Assembly: GCA_008690995.1 (NCBI GenBank)
Contig: VRMN01000018.1
Location: 62,001-126,000, forward strand
Reading direction: 5' to 3'
Length of the DNA: 64,000 nt
Source of the DNA: Porphyridium purpureum
Lineage: Eukaryota
Of the stretch, positions 33,149 to 44,083 are shown in pieces (the stretch's first letter is position 1; the number at the start of each line of letters is the position of its first letter). The translations under genes were made by a program, and so were the position numbers. The notes beneath the pieces are model-generated. The model saw nothing but the letters and a program-made list of their open reading frames with translations. It was not told where the DNA came from and ran no database searches.

Positions 33149-36106
33149 ATGCGGCGCGCGCAGGGGCTCGGCGCGGCGCCGAGCCGCGCGCCGTCGCTCT
33201 CCGGACTGAGCGTCAGCGTGCTGTTCCGCTGCAAGTGCGTAAGGCTCGCAAGGCCTGCTGCGCAGAAGCACAATCAGCAAGGCGAGGACGGCGCCGCGGG
33301 TCGGAGGCAGCTGCGCATTGTGGGATCTGAGGATGCGCTCGGCGCGTGGGATCCGCGGCATGCGCCGGTCTTGTCCCCCGAGCCCGGGTCGTCGTACTTT
33401 TCGACCAGCGTCGAGCTGCCCGCAGGTGCTCCTCAGGTGGCGTACAAATATGTGCTGGTGACCTCTGCCACAGACAGAACACAGCAAACGGGCCAAAAGC
33501 ATTCAGACGGAGCATTAGACGCAATAAGTAGCGTCGAGTGGGAGCCACTCGCGCTAAATCGGACGCTGGCCCCCGCATCGCTCAGTAGCGCGGCCAACGT
33601 CGGCCGGGTGCTCGAACACCTGCGCCTTGTGGTGACAGATGCAGAGTTTGGTGATGAGCACCACGAAGAGCACCACGAGTCACTTCGGAAAAGCACCGAG
33701 TCGTCCCGAGCGTCGTCGATGCGCAGCATGGGCCGGCGCTCGTTTTCATACACGCAGGGTGCGCTTTTGGTTATTCTGTACCGTCTTCCGATCATTGCCG
33801 AAAGAGATGCGCAGACTGGGCGCTGGATATTTGCATGGGACGATGATGCCATCTACCTCACATCGTCTGGGCTGCGACGTTGTCTGGAGAGCATGCATCG
33901 TGTCATCTGGGTCGGAATTCTGCAGGTGAATGAGGACATTGCAGAAGACGAGCAGGAGGTCATTCAGGAAGACTTAATGATGCAATTTCGTTGCGTGCCG
34001 GTCTTTTTACCATTGGCTACAAGAGATGCCTTTTACCGGCGGTTCTGCAAGGGCGTTTTATGGCCTCTTTTCCATATGACATCTCAGTTTCCGATAAATA
34101 CGACATCGGAAATTGACCGCACGCTGTGGCAAACGTACGTGCACGTGAACCGAATGTTTTGCGACGTGGTAGTATCGCTCTACCAGGGCGATTTGAATCT
34201 GATATGGATCCATGACTATCACCTCATGCTCTTACCCATGCAATTACGGAGAAAATTGACCGGAGCTCGTATCGGCTTTTTCTTGCACATTCCCTGGCCG
34301 TCATCCGAAGTGTATCGTGTGCTGCCCTTCCGCGACGAGCTCATTCGGTCGCTTCTCAGCTCAACCCTGCTGGGGTTTAACCTCTTCGACTACGCGCGCC
34401 ATTTTCTCAGCAGCTGCGTGAGACTCTTGAATCTCGATCATTCGATGAAGAATGGTAACATCATCATCAACCACGGTGGGCGACGCTCGTACATACGCGT
34501 AAGCCACATTGGTATCGATCCTGAGCGATTCACAGACATTATCGGTTCGGAACAGGTTGAGCGCGAGGTGGCTCGATTGCGTATCCTGACGCATGGGGCA
34601 AACATTATTTGCGGAATTGACGATCTCGACGCGATCAAGGGCATTCCGTTCAAGCTGCTTGCGTTTGAACAGCTGCTCGTCAACTTCCCACAGTACCGTG
34701 AGCAGCTCGTGCTCTACCAGGTGGCAATACCGAGGAACGTACCAAATACCGAAACGCTTCGCGAGGAAATCTACCTGATTTTGGATCGAATTCTTGAAGA
34801 TTTTGGCACGGAAGAGTACGTGCCGGTGGTGTACGTAGAGGCGCGTCTCTCCCTTGCCGAGCGGGTGGCGCTGTACCACGCATCAGACGCGCTTCTTCTG
34901 ACGCCGTTCCACGACGGTCTAAACATGATTCCGTATGAGTTTCTCATCTCAGCCCGTCCCGGGAGGGGCAAGCTGATCATCAGCGAATTTACGGGCTGTT
35001 GGAAACACCTGTTCAGCGCAGTGCGGGTGAATCCTTGGAACACGGAAGAACTTATGTACACCATAGACATGACAATGCAGGAGAGTGAAGAGCAGGCTGC
35101 TCAGGAGCAGCGCGCCGACCTCGATCAACGCATATTATACTACACCATCAGTCGGTGGGCAGAGTCATTTGTCAAAGATTTGGGCTCTGTGGAGGAGCGC
35201 GTGATGAAGCATAGGATGGCCATTGGTATTTCAGCCAAGTCGGCGATGCTTGAGCTGGAGGATGTGCCATTCCTTGACCCCTTTGTGGCGGTGGAGCGCT
35301 TTCGAAGCGCCCGGAGGGCTTTTTTTTTCTTGGAGCTCAACGCGCTGCTTGCGTCGAGCGGGGAGCATGATGAAGTTCTCGTCGGCGAGAAAATCTGGTC
35401 CAAAGTGCCCGAGCCGGTGCTGGATGCACTACTGGCGCTGAGTAGCTCGCAGAATGTTCACGTGTACATCACCAGTAATTCGCGACAGGGCGCGATGGAC
35501 TCGCTCTTTGGCAGCGTGCCGCGCATCGGGCTCGTCGCTGAGAGCGGCTGCTTTGTGAAGTTGTGCGGCACAAGCGAGTGGATCTCCATGCTGGCCGAAG
35601 ATGTTGACGTGAGCTGGCTTGAAATCGCGCGTGAAATCATGGAAGGCTATTGCGAGCGGACCGACGGCAGTTTTGTCGAGTCGCGACACGCGTCTGTCAT
35701 GTGGCACTTTGTCGATGCCGACCCGACATTCGGTAGCTGGCAGGCAAAAGAATTGTGCGACCATTTGGAAAGCGTATTCCCGACAATGGAGGTGGACATT
35801 GTGCTTTGCGAAAGCACGCTGTGCGTGCGTCCGAAAACTCTGGCAAAGAAAAGCACAGGCATCATTATGAGCAGCGTGCTCGATGGCGAGCAAAAGCTTG
35901 ACTTTGTGTTCACTTGTTCAAGTGGGAGAAGTGATGACGGCATGATGGCTGAGCTCGACGGTATTCTGCGCGGGAGTCAAGTGAAAAATGTATTTCGGTG
36001 CGGCCTGCTCGGAAACACTGTATCCTCTGCTCAGTTTTATGTGCGCACAGGGCAAGAGTTGCTCGGTGTGCTCGCTGCGTTGTCACAATGCAATCAGCCG
36101 CAGTAG
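33149..36106 (+). CDS. TPS: CBM20 + trehalose-6-phosphate synthase (GT20) + TPP-like domain protein
   Basis: CBM20 (IVGS..LGAWD...YKYV...WE...NR); GT20 (FCKGVLWPLFH, IWIHDYHL, GFFLHIPWPS, DGLNM..YE); HAD-like C-domain (YCERTDGSFVE, WHF..ADP.FG.WQA). Confidence 0.92.
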   Translation: MRRAQGLGAAPSRAPSLSGLSVSVLFRCKCVRLARPAAQKHNQQGEDGAAGRRQLRIVGSEDALGAWDPRHAPVLSPEPGSSYFSTSVELPAGAPQVAYKYVLVTSATDRTQQTGQKHSDGALDAISSVEWEPLALNRTLAPASLSSAANVGRVLEHLRLVVTDAEFGDEHHEEHHESLRKSTESSRASSMRSMGRRSFSYTQGALLVILYRLPIIAERDAQTGRWIFAWDDDAIYLTSSGLRRCLESMHRVIWVGILQVNEDIAEDEQEVIQEDLMMQFRCVPVFLPLATRDAFYRRFCKGVLWPLFHMTSQFPINTTSEIDRTLWQTYVHVNRMFCDVVVSLYQGDLNLIWIHDYHLMLLPMQLRRKLTGARIGFFLHIPWPSSEVYRVLPFRDELIRSLLSSTLLGFNLFDYARHFLSSCVRLLNLDHSMKNGNIIINHGGRRSYIRVSHIGIDPERFTDIIGSEQVEREVARLRILTHGANIICGIDDLDAIKGIPFKLLAFEQLLVNFPQYREQLVLYQVAIPRNVPNTETLREEIYLILDRILEDFGTEEYVPVVYVEARLSLAERVALYHASDALLLTPFHDGLNMIPYEFLISARPGRGKLIISEFTGCWKHLFSAVRVNPWNTEELMYTIDMTMQESEEQAAQEQRADLDQRILYYTISRWAESFVKDLGSVEERVMKHRMAIGISAKSAMLELEDVPFLDPFVAVERFRSARRAFFFLELNALLASSGEHDEVLVGEKIWSKVPEPVLDALLALSSSQNVHVYITSNSRQGAMDSLFGSVPRIGLVAESGCFVKLCGTSEWISMLAEDVDVSWLEIAREIMEGYCERTDGSFVESRHASVMWHFVDADPTFGSWQAKELCDHLESVFPTMEVDIVLCESTLCVRPKTLAKKSTGIIMSSVLDGEQKLDFVFTCSSGRSDDGMMAELDGILRGSQVKNVFRCGLLGNTVSSAQFYVRTGQELLGVLAALSQCNQPQ

Positions 36107-36292
36107 GCACATCCCTCGCCTTTTTGAACAATTTTTTTTCCAGGCCGGTAGCCAGTGCCCAAGGGCGGCATGCGCTCTAGGAGACCAGAACTCTCCGTGT
36201 ACAGAGTTAGAAAAGATGAATGGCATGATTTGAACAAGAGTGAGTGCGTAAACCAGGCACGTGACATTTTCTACCGCTCATCCAGCAGTGTG

Positions 36293-38209
36293 CTACGCGT
36301 CGAACGACCATTCTGTGCTGTACTGCAAAAGCTCAAAATCACGAGCAAACTTCTGCAAAAGGTCGTCGATTAAAACTGCGTGCTTGGAGTAATACTCGGC
36401 TTTCTTCGACTTGGTCCCACTCGACAAGAAGCCGACCTCCTTCTGCGACGGAAAGCTTTCCCCATGCCAACCCAAAGCCTCAAATACAATCTGCGAGTCC
36501 TGGTCGATCTGTTCCAGCTTGCCGACAAAGTCGTACGGTACCAAGCTCATTCCACAAATGTAGTACTGCGGGGCCCAGTGCTCATTATGATACTCTGGAT
36601 TCTTCCTTCGGATTTCGGCAGTGTACTCGGCAAACGTGGGCCGCGGGCGCTCCGTGATCTCCTTGGCACTCAGACCGAAATGCATCAGCTGCCTGTAATA
36701 GTTATGGTACTCTTCCGATATCGTGGGCTTGTTCATAAACTTGTTCAGGTACGCAGATAAGTGCCGAGTAAAGGGCTCACGACCAACAAGAAAGCGGAAC
36801 CAGCTCGGATCCGTTAGTATTTCTTCGATTCTCTCAGCGCTGAAGTCCTTGAGGTAGGTCAGACCGTTTGCACTCTTCATGTTTGCAACCTGCAGGCTCT
36901 TGTAATCTGCAAAGCCCTCGTGCTTGCGGATAAGCACCTTCCAAGTTGAGTTCGCGGCCTTGGGTACCGGACAATATACCATCTTGTTTTTCTCACTCAC
37001 AATGATGCGCTCCGCGAATCGCTGCTTCCGGATCATCTCACCATCGATCGCACCCACCGGCACGAGTGCACGACCTTGCAGCTTTTGCTGCAGCGACACC
37101 GACGGCGCGCGGAAAATGGGATCCCGCGTCACCTCAAAAGTAGAGAAGAAGCCGACTTTGGCTACCATGGCGTTGTAGGTCTTCACGTCCACGCCTGGCG
37201 GAGCACCCCCCGTGGGTGCTGAGGGAGATGACAGCACGCTGGCGCGGGTCTCCTCCTGGGCCGGTCGAGCAACCGTCTCCTGCTGCAGTTGGTCATTCTG
37301 TTCTTGTTGCTGCCTCTGCTGCTCGTTCTGACGCGGTTCATCAGGGGACTCGCGGTTTGACACAGTTCGATCGCGCCATGTGAGCGCATCAAAGCCACCA
37401 GCAGAACCGCTTAATTCACCACTTGGAGCGGTCGGAACAGATTCGCGAGCAACACGTTCACGTTCGCCGCGAGAAGGTGTTCTTTCAAAATTTTCGGTGA
37501 CTCTCTCAGCTTGTGCTTGCGACGCTGACGTCTCATCAGAATGGACAGATGCTTCATGTTGCATGTCGACCGGCGGGGTTACAGGTAGCCGGCCCATCTT
37601 GTGATCTTCCATGGGGTTATACGACACTGTTTGTGAGGAAGGAGAGGCTGACGAAGAGCCGGATGCTTCGTGACGTTGACTTTCTGCAGTATGCTCAGAA
37701 ACGGGAACAAACCCGAGCATCGCCGACGCGAAGAAAATGAAGACAAAAAAGGAGAGGAGCGCAAAGAACATCCACGAGCGCGTCTTCTGCGGGACAAAAT
37801 GAGACGACTGAGCCGCGGACGGCAATGCGTAGCTTCTTTCAGAATACTCTGTGTACGGCGCGCTGCTGGAGTGCGCTGGGCTGTACGGGTACTGGGGCGC
37901 GCCGACGTGCTTCTGCGCGGGCATGGGCCAGCCCGCATCAAAAGTCGAACCCTTGTCCAATCCATACACAGGCACGTGCGGCGGCAGAGCCCCCATAACC
38001 TGCTGCACCCCTGGCGCCTGCGCGTACACATGCGGCAGATGCGCAGCGGCATGCGGATCCTGCGGGGGCGCCATCCCGCCCGCCGAGTACGCGGCGGCCG
38101 GCACCTCACCGCCGTCTGTATTCCCCGGCGCACGCTGCGAGCCGTGCGTGATTGGAGCGTATCGCCGCCCGGCATTTGCTCCTCGATACCGGCTCTGCAT
38201 CTCATTCAT
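36293..38209 (-). CDS. Type II membrane carbohydrate sulfotransferase (Sulfotransfer_2/CHST-like)
   Basis: Single TM anchor and long stem; 5'PSB YCPVPKAANSTWK, 3'PB REPFTRHLSAY, NEHWAPQ and YDFVGKLE. Confidence 0.9.
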   Translation of the reverse strand: MNEMQSRYRGANAGRRYAPITHGSQRAPGNTDGGEVPAAAYSAGGMAPPQDPHAAAHLPHVYAQAPGVQQVMGALPPHVPVYGLDKGSTFDAGWPMPAQKHVGAPQYPYSPAHSSSAPYTEYSERSYALPSAAQSSHFVPQKTRSWMFFALLSFFVFIFFASAMLGFVPVSEHTAESQRHEASGSSSASPSSQTVSYNPMEDHKMGRLPVTPPVDMQHEASVHSDETSASQAQAERVTENFERTPSRGERERVARESVPTAPSGELSGSAGGFDALTWRDRTVSNRESPDEPRQNEQQRQQQEQNDQLQQETVARPAQEETRASVLSSPSAPTGGAPPGVDVKTYNAMVAKVGFFSTFEVTRDPIFRAPSVSLQQKLQGRALVPVGAIDGEMIRKQRFAERIIVSEKNKMVYCPVPKAANSTWKVLIRKHEGFADYKSLQVANMKSANGLTYLKDFSAERIEEILTDPSWFRFLVGREPFTRHLSAYLNKFMNKPTISEEYHNYYRQLMHFGLSAKEITERPRPTFAEYTAEIRRKNPEYHNEHWAPQYYICGMSLVPYDFVGKLEQIDQDSQIVFEALGWHGESFPSQKEVGFLSSGTKSKKAEYYSKHAVLIDDLLQKFARDFELLQYSTEWSFDA

Positions 38210-38638
38210 CGCTCTCTCTTCCTCTCTCTCCGCCTCTCCCTGTCCCTCACCGCCACCGCAACACGTGTGTGCAGCAGAACGCAATGCGGAATTCCAATGA
38301 CATCTCTAGAGGTACAGTGATTACACTGCGCCACGCGCCAGGCGGCGAGTCCGGCAGCGAGCAGGAGGGGGAGAAGGGAGAACGAGAGGGAGAGAAGAGA
38401 GGGACAGAGCATGCGTGCGGCGCGAGATTTCCGGGCGCGTGGCGGGGTCTGAGCGGAGGTGGGACGGAGCGCGGCGGTGCATGGTGCGCAGGACGGGTTC
38501 GTGCAGGCCGCGCGGGGTTGGTGGAGTGGATGTGCGTGCAGTGCGGTGAGAGGGGTCGGTGCGACAGAACGACAGCGCGGCGCGTCGGGTTCGGGTAAAG
38601 GGGGTTCGTGAGTGCGCGCGGGAGGAGCGGACAGCGAG

Positions 38639-41600
38639 ATGGCTGATCAGCTCGGCGATCACGAAGTGCAGCAGGATCACGCCGAGGACGCACATGAGGT
38701 GCAGGTGGCGCTTCATGGGCTCGGCGTGCGATGCTCCATTGTGGACGTCCACACGCTGCGCGACGCCGAGCGAGGCGTGCACCGCAAACGAATTTGGGTG
38801 GACATTCTGTTGGAGCCAAAGTCATTCGTGCTGTCGTTCATTTTGCGGCTCAATGCCGAGCTTTTCGACTCGTCTGCCGTGATTATCCAGCGCTCCCTCC
38901 ACCGTCGAGACCGTATCGATCGGTACTACGACCAGGAGGAGGATCAGGACTCCATGTACTTTTCGTCTGCGTCGGCCTCGAGTCTTGAACCCGATTTTGA
39001 AACCATCTACGGTGAGGCGGAAGGCTTATCCGAGCAGGACGAGGCGCTCAGCCGCTCCTTCTCTGAACTCGGCCTCGACAATCCCATTTTCCCGGAGGAT
39101 GAGTTCTCCACGGAGCAAAGTCCTGTCTTCGAAGATGGTGTGGATTCTCGGAGTGGCGCAGGATATACAAATGAAAGAGCTACGGTGGATGGCGACCAAG
39201 AAGAACCGGACCGGTCGGAAGCAACGGAACACCAAGAGGACGCGGATCCTGCGTCTGAGGCTGCGCCGAGCGATAACAGTGCCCATGGGCAAAATGGAGA
39301 GGCAACAACTACCAAGATTGACTTTACTGACGAGGCAGTCGCAGTGTCATCGGCACCATCATTAACGCGCGCGACAGCATCGTCGACCGAGTCGTCCTCG
39401 TCACAAGCGCCTGCGGCCACTGTACCAGTTTCAGCCGATGCACCGTCCGCAGAAACGACTCCAATGGCTGCATCGGGCGCTGGTGGCTCGGTGACGAGTG
39501 AGAAGAAAGTGGTGCTGCTATGTCGAGCGGCAGAGCGGCTTCGATTCGGGATAGTTCGTCTGCACCGCAAGGATGAAAAGATATCCTCGAAAGAGGCGTG
39601 TATTATTGTGAATATTGTCGGATACTCGCGAGGAGCAAATCCGTCCACCAACCGACTGAAGGCCTTTTTGAACACCAGTTCGAATCTTGCATTTTTCTCG
39701 GAAGAGCTTTCTCCAGACCTGCCTGTAAGCCATTTGGTCGACCGTTCAGAGATTGATTCGCTGACTGGGTTTTCGCTCTTCAATGCCAAGCGGTATCGTC
39801 AAGCTGGCGAAATGCTTCAGCGCGCGAGCAAGAGCGCTTGGAACGTAGCTACGTCTTTCCCAGATCTTGCGATGCGCGACTGGGCTCTGAGCCTCGAGGT
39901 AATGGCACTTTACTCATACTTTGAACACGACCAGCTTTTGCCTGAAACCACGATTGGGCTTCAGCAGCTTGCCATGCTCGTGCCGCGGCATTTGGGCACG
40001 TCGCCGCTCACGATCAACCTGCTGCTCAACTCTGCCCTGGACCCAGAGGGTGTGTCTATGTTTGCAAATTTTCAGTATCCACGGCGCACGCACCGCATGG
40101 AGGAGACCGCATGCGGTGCGCGTGCAATCTTGACCTCATTGTATCGGCCATTGTGCTTTATTTTCGCGCGCGTGCTCTTGAACTGCAACCATTTTGTGGT
40201 TCAGACCGCCGCGGTGAAAATGCTCGAGTATGTGATTGAGCAAGTAGGCTGTGCGCTGAGCTTGGACTTGTCGTGCATCATCGAGTGCCTGTTGTTCTCG
40301 TATTCGCAACTCTATGATATCAGTGTTCCGAATGCGGCAAATGGGGACCGAGCTGGCCAGACGCCCCGCGATGGAGGCGCCAACGACAGTACATTGCGAA
40401 GCAGTACGAGCATGGGTGTCAGCAGTAATAGCGATGCTGGTATCGCGGCATCCCGTTCACGGCTTGCCATTGCGCTCGACGAAGCTTTTGACAGCATTTG
40501 TCGGCTGCTGCCGTTGATCGACTTGCATATACTGAGCCTGATTCTCGGCTCAAGGCTGTTTGTTCTTTTGTCGCGCAGCTTGTCGCCCCTCGACCAGCTT
40601 ATGAGTGCGACTTGCCGTGCAAAGCTCCCTCGTGATCCGGAGTACGGCGACACGGTGACAGGATATTCCGCGACTCCTAGTGCAGCGCTGTACGATGCAT
40701 CGCGTGGCAGGCTGCGTCGGCGTGGCCTCGCGCAGGCTTTGCGCCTCACACACCTGATGCTGATCCTCATTAAGGGCGACCTGGCGATTCCCCCGAGTCT
40801 CTTTGTTCGTCTGTTCCAATTACTGGTACATTCGCGCGCGGGTGTAGCTTCGCTCGGCAACGGCAGCAGTAACAGCGCTGCCAAGATTGGAGGCATGGGC
40901 GTGAGTGGAGAATCGAGTCCTGCACTGCAGACAAGCTCAGAAGAGTTGGACTCGGAAGCATTGGCTGACATTTTATCAGTGCCCGAAGTGCGGCGCACCG
41001 GAATTCATGCGTGGGACGTTTTGCACGAATCTGTGGCTCTCGCATCACGCGGACTGGTTGCTTCCAAATGCCAGCCATACATGGAGCTCTTCTGCGACAT
41101 GCTTGCGGAACTCTTTTCGGAGAAACGACGAGTAGGCGTTGACGAGACGTGGGAGGACAAGCTTGCGTTCATCAATTCCACCGCCGCGACGTCGATGAGT
41201 GCTTCGCGCGGTGGCATAAGCATTGGTACTGGAACCAGTACGATGGTGGACCGCGACCGCATTCTCACAAAAATTGAGATTCGGGACTTACAGGCTCTTC
41301 GCCGGCTAGTGCAATTCATTACGGACTTTGTGGACCACTTGGAGCCGCTCACCGATGGTCAGGATCGTTCAGCAATTGTGACAATCTACGATTTACAGCG
41401 CACGCTTGCCCGCGCTCTGTCGCGCCTCTCCATGAGCTTGATGCTGGATATTGCTTTGTACGAGGCGCGTAGCTCGAGCAAGCTCTCTGACGAAACGAGC
41501 GGCTACAGCTCGATCGAGGACGAGGTCGTGGACATTGGCTTTCACTCACCGCGCAATCCGGTGACTTCGTCGAGCATGAGTATCGAATCTCACCCCCGCA

Positions 41601-44083
41601 GTATGTCGTCCGACAAGGGCAGCATCTATGAAGTGCAACTGTCCTCCGCGCTTGCGTTGATGGACTCTGTATGGCAGTCGCATTCGTTGGTTGTCGCGCT
41701 GCTACCAGACAAACTTCACTTTGAAAGCACGCATCTGGACAACAGCGGATACAGCGCCGCGCTGAAGGAAGACGTGGACGAAGTTGTGCCAGGTGAAACA
41801 GTTCTGAATATCATCACAGAACGCATGAACTATCGCGCGCCGCCTATGAGTTTGCTGCGGATGCTCGTGGTCATCGCCAAACGCATGTCCGAGGCAGTCT
41901 CGAGTAAGCGTTCGTTTCTGTGTGTGGAGAACGGGCAGCTGAGCACAAACTTGACACTCGAAACGCGCGACCGAATTCTTGGCTCGATGGTGGCCTTGCT
42001 GCGAGCGTTTCTGCCGTGGGTGCCACATGCACAGAATGAGGAGATTTTTGTGCTGCTTGACGAACTGCTTCCCGCTTGCATAAGCAGCCTCACCGCCGTT
42101 GATATGATCAGGTTGCAGGACGCACTAGCCGACCAGAGTAGCTCGTCGCAGGTTCAAAGCGTTGACGCCACGCTGCGTCTACTTGCGGTGCTTGTTTCGA
42201 AAGTTCCACCGCGAAATCCGCGCGTTGCACTAGACTCTGTGGCTGCCTTGTATGATCCATCGGCCAGCGTACAATATGGGATTAGCCCGCTCAACTACTT
42301 GAGCTTTGCTGGCGTGTGCGCAGTCTCATCTACCAGCGGTAGCGACACGAAAAAACAACAAAAGCAAGTGGTGCACCGAAGGCTCGGTCCAGACTCGTTT
42401 CCGCGCGCTGGCTTTGGAGTTGGCGAAGGATCAGCGCTGACGTCGGTCCAATCATCGCTGAAGACCAACCGGCCATTCGTGAGCTTCCACCTACATGTTG
42501 TCATGTTTTCGTGTTTTGACGCGTTTGACGCTTTCTGCAAGTGTTCTACGAGCAAGGACCACGGCTTTCGTGTGACGTCAGAGCGGCTGGACCATTTCTT
42601 GGAGCAAGCCGCATTCCTTGTACGCTGCTTGCGGTCCAGTGTGTTACCGCACGCGGCGGTAGATCATCGCCCTTTCCTAAGTGCATGTATTGGCGACGTG
42701 TTCAGCACGTGCCTCATGATGTTAGAGCACCTGGACGCGCGTGTGCGCCTGATTGGTCTCGAGATTTTTATTGCGTCGGTAGAAATCCTTCTGGTCACTT
42801 CACTGATCGACGTGCCGTCACACTACACGGTCAATGGAGAGACCGACGGGCCGCTCCAGGACGTGCCTCTTCCGCGGGGCTCTTTAGAGAAGAGCGTGCA
42901 CATGAAGGCCAAGCCGGACGCTCAAGCATTTGAGGAAAAGGCTTGGGGTATGTTGAGCATGTTTGTGGTCTCAGTGCTTGCCAAAGATGCACATCCGGAT
43001 CTTGATCTGCAGTTTGCAGTGATTAAGTACCTGCGCAATTGCCTGATGCGCGCGCTTCTAGCCTCAAACGGTGCCAATGGGAGCTGCACGCTGCAGATTG
43101 ACCAGATTACGATGATCTGGGACGCAGTGTGTGCGCGCAACTATGCGCCGTGGCGTGACCTCAGCTTGCAGTCTCACATTGTTTCCATGATCTTGGTGAA
43201 CGCGGCGCTGGCGTCTATCCTGAGTACCAGCGTCGGTTCGTCGCAGCTGCGCTCGCGCGTGGCGACCTTCACGTCGTTTGCTGAGCACAAGTTGTTCGTC
43301 TGGGTTGAGGAGCACTTGAAAGGGCGCTCTCGACAGCATCGCATGTGGGGCGCGCGTGTGCTTGAGAATTACATGCAAGCGATTGTGTCGAATGAGCTGC
43401 GTCTGGTGTCACGCCGTCTTCCGCGCCCGCCAGTGCGCGTGTGGCGCGCTCTTCGCTCGCTGCGCCAAGACTGGTACATTGACCTATCGCTTCTGGCGGA
43501 CTCGCTTTTGGAAGTCTACTTGACACAACCGGCGGAACCGGCGGACGCGACACAGCAGCAGCAGCAGCAGCAGCAGCAGCTTCGCACGGCCAGCAGTAGT
43601 GGTAGCGTTGCGCGCGAGGATCTTGCGGAGACGCTTCTCATTTGGTTTCCGGACGTGATGGAGGAGGCCATGGGCGAGGTGGTCGTTGACGCGGACCAAT
43701 TCTTGATGTCATTTACAAATTATCTGGGGGCGCATATTGCGGATGAAGACGAAGCGGTCCCAGCCATGCGAGAAGATTCCGTTTTGTCCGCCCACATTGG
43801 TGAGGAGCGCGACGTGCTCGAGCGTGCTGCAGATGCCGTCATAGACTTTGACGTGAACCACGGCACCGCCGGCTTTATCACGGACTTGACGGAGGAGGGG
43901 CCGCCCGCCCATGAGCTTCCTGTCAGCGATGAGGGCCTCAGCGGAGGCAGTATTCAAGGCGGCGGTGGCGTTGGCGTGCCCAAGAAGCATCGCAAGCCGC
44001 CGATCAAAGTTACCATCAGTGACGAGGATGAAAACGGACTTGTTGGCTTTGACGAGATTTCAGAGCTTGGGTCCTCAACCTAA
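38639..44083 (+). CDS. Large (1814 aa) hypothetical protein, probably an alpha-solenoid (HEAT/ARM-like)
   Basis: Uninterrupted 5.4 kb ORF; Leu-rich amphipathic helices (e.g. EHLDARVRLIGLE) separated by acidic/Ser-rich linkers. Confidence 0.8.
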   Translation: MADQLGDHEVQQDHAEDAHEVQVALHGLGVRCSIVDVHTLRDAERGVHRKRIWVDILLEPKSFVLSFILRLNAELFDSSAVIIQRSLHRRDRIDRYYDQEEDQDSMYFSSASASSLEPDFETIYGEAEGLSEQDEALSRSFSELGLDNPIFPEDEFSTEQSPVFEDGVDSRSGAGYTNERATVDGDQEEPDRSEATEHQEDADPASEAAPSDNSAHGQNGEATTTKIDFTDEAVAVSSAPSLTRATASSTESSSSQAPAATVPVSADAPSAETTPMAASGAGGSVTSEKKVVLLCRAAERLRFGIVRLHRKDEKISSKEACIIVNIVGYSRGANPSTNRLKAFLNTSSNLAFFSEELSPDLPVSHLVDRSEIDSLTGFSLFNAKRYRQAGEMLQRASKSAWNVATSFPDLAMRDWALSLEVMALYSYFEHDQLLPETTIGLQQLAMLVPRHLGTSPLTINLLLNSALDPEGVSMFANFQYPRRTHRMEETACGARAILTSLYRPLCFIFARVLLNCNHFVVQTAAVKMLEYVIEQVGCALSLDLSCIIECLLFSYSQLYDISVPNAANGDRAGQTPRDGGANDSTLRSSTSMGVSSNSDAGIAASRSRLAIALDEAFDSICRLLPLIDLHILSLILGSRLFVLLSRSLSPLDQLMSATCRAKLPRDPEYGDTVTGYSATPSAALYDASRGRLRRRGLAQALRLTHLMLILIKGDLAIPPSLFVRLFQLLVHSRAGVASLGNGSSNSAAKIGGMGVSGESSPALQTSSEELDSEALADILSVPEVRRTGIHAWDVLHESVALASRGLVASKCQPYMELFCDMLAELFSEKRRVGVDETWEDKLAFINSTAATSMSASRGGISIGTGTSTMVDRDRILTKIEIRDLQALRRLVQFITDFVDHLEPLTDGQDRSAIVTIYDLQRTLARALSRLSMSLMLDIALYEARSSSKLSDETSGYSSIEDEVVDIGFHSPRNPVTSSSMSIESHPRSMSSDKGSIYEVQLSSALALMDSVWQSHSLVVALLPDKLHFESTHLDNSGYSAALKEDVDEVVPGETVLNIITERMNYRAPPMSLLRMLVVIAKRMSEAVSSKRSFLCVENGQLSTNLTLETRDRILGSMVALLRAFLPWVPHAQNEEIFVLLDELLPACISSLTAVDMIRLQDALADQSSSSQVQSVDATLRLLAVLVSKVPPRNPRVALDSVAALYDPSASVQYGISPLNYLSFAGVCAVSSTSGSDTKKQQKQVVHRRLGPDSFPRAGFGVGEGSALTSVQSSLKTNRPFVSFHLHVVMFSCFDAFDAFCKCSTSKDHGFRVTSERLDHFLEQAAFLVRCLRSSVLPHAAVDHRPFLSACIGDVFSTCLMMLEHLDARVRLIGLEIFIASVEILLVTSLIDVPSHYTVNGETDGPLQDVPLPRGSLEKSVHMKAKPDAQAFEEKAWGMLSMFVVSVLAKDAHPDLDLQFAVIKYLRNCLMRALLASNGANGSCTLQIDQITMIWDAVCARNYAPWRDLSLQSHIVSMILVNAALASILSTSVGSSQLRSRVATFTSFAEHKLFVWVEEHLKGRSRQHRMWGARVLENYMQAIVSNELRLVSRRLPRPPVRVWRALRSLRQDWYIDLSLLADSLLEVYLTQPAEPADATQQQQQQQQQLRTASSSGSVAREDLAETLLIWFPDVMEEAMGEVVVDADQFLMSFTNYLGAHIADEDEAVPAMREDSVLSAHIGEERDVLERAADAVIDFDVNHGTAGFITDLTEEGPPAHELPVSDEGLSGGSIQGGGGVGVPKKHRKPPIKVTISDEDENGLVGFDEISELGSST
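43553..43580 (+). repeat. (CAG)9 polyglutamine tract inside the large CDS
   Basis: Directly visible. Confidence 0.9.
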
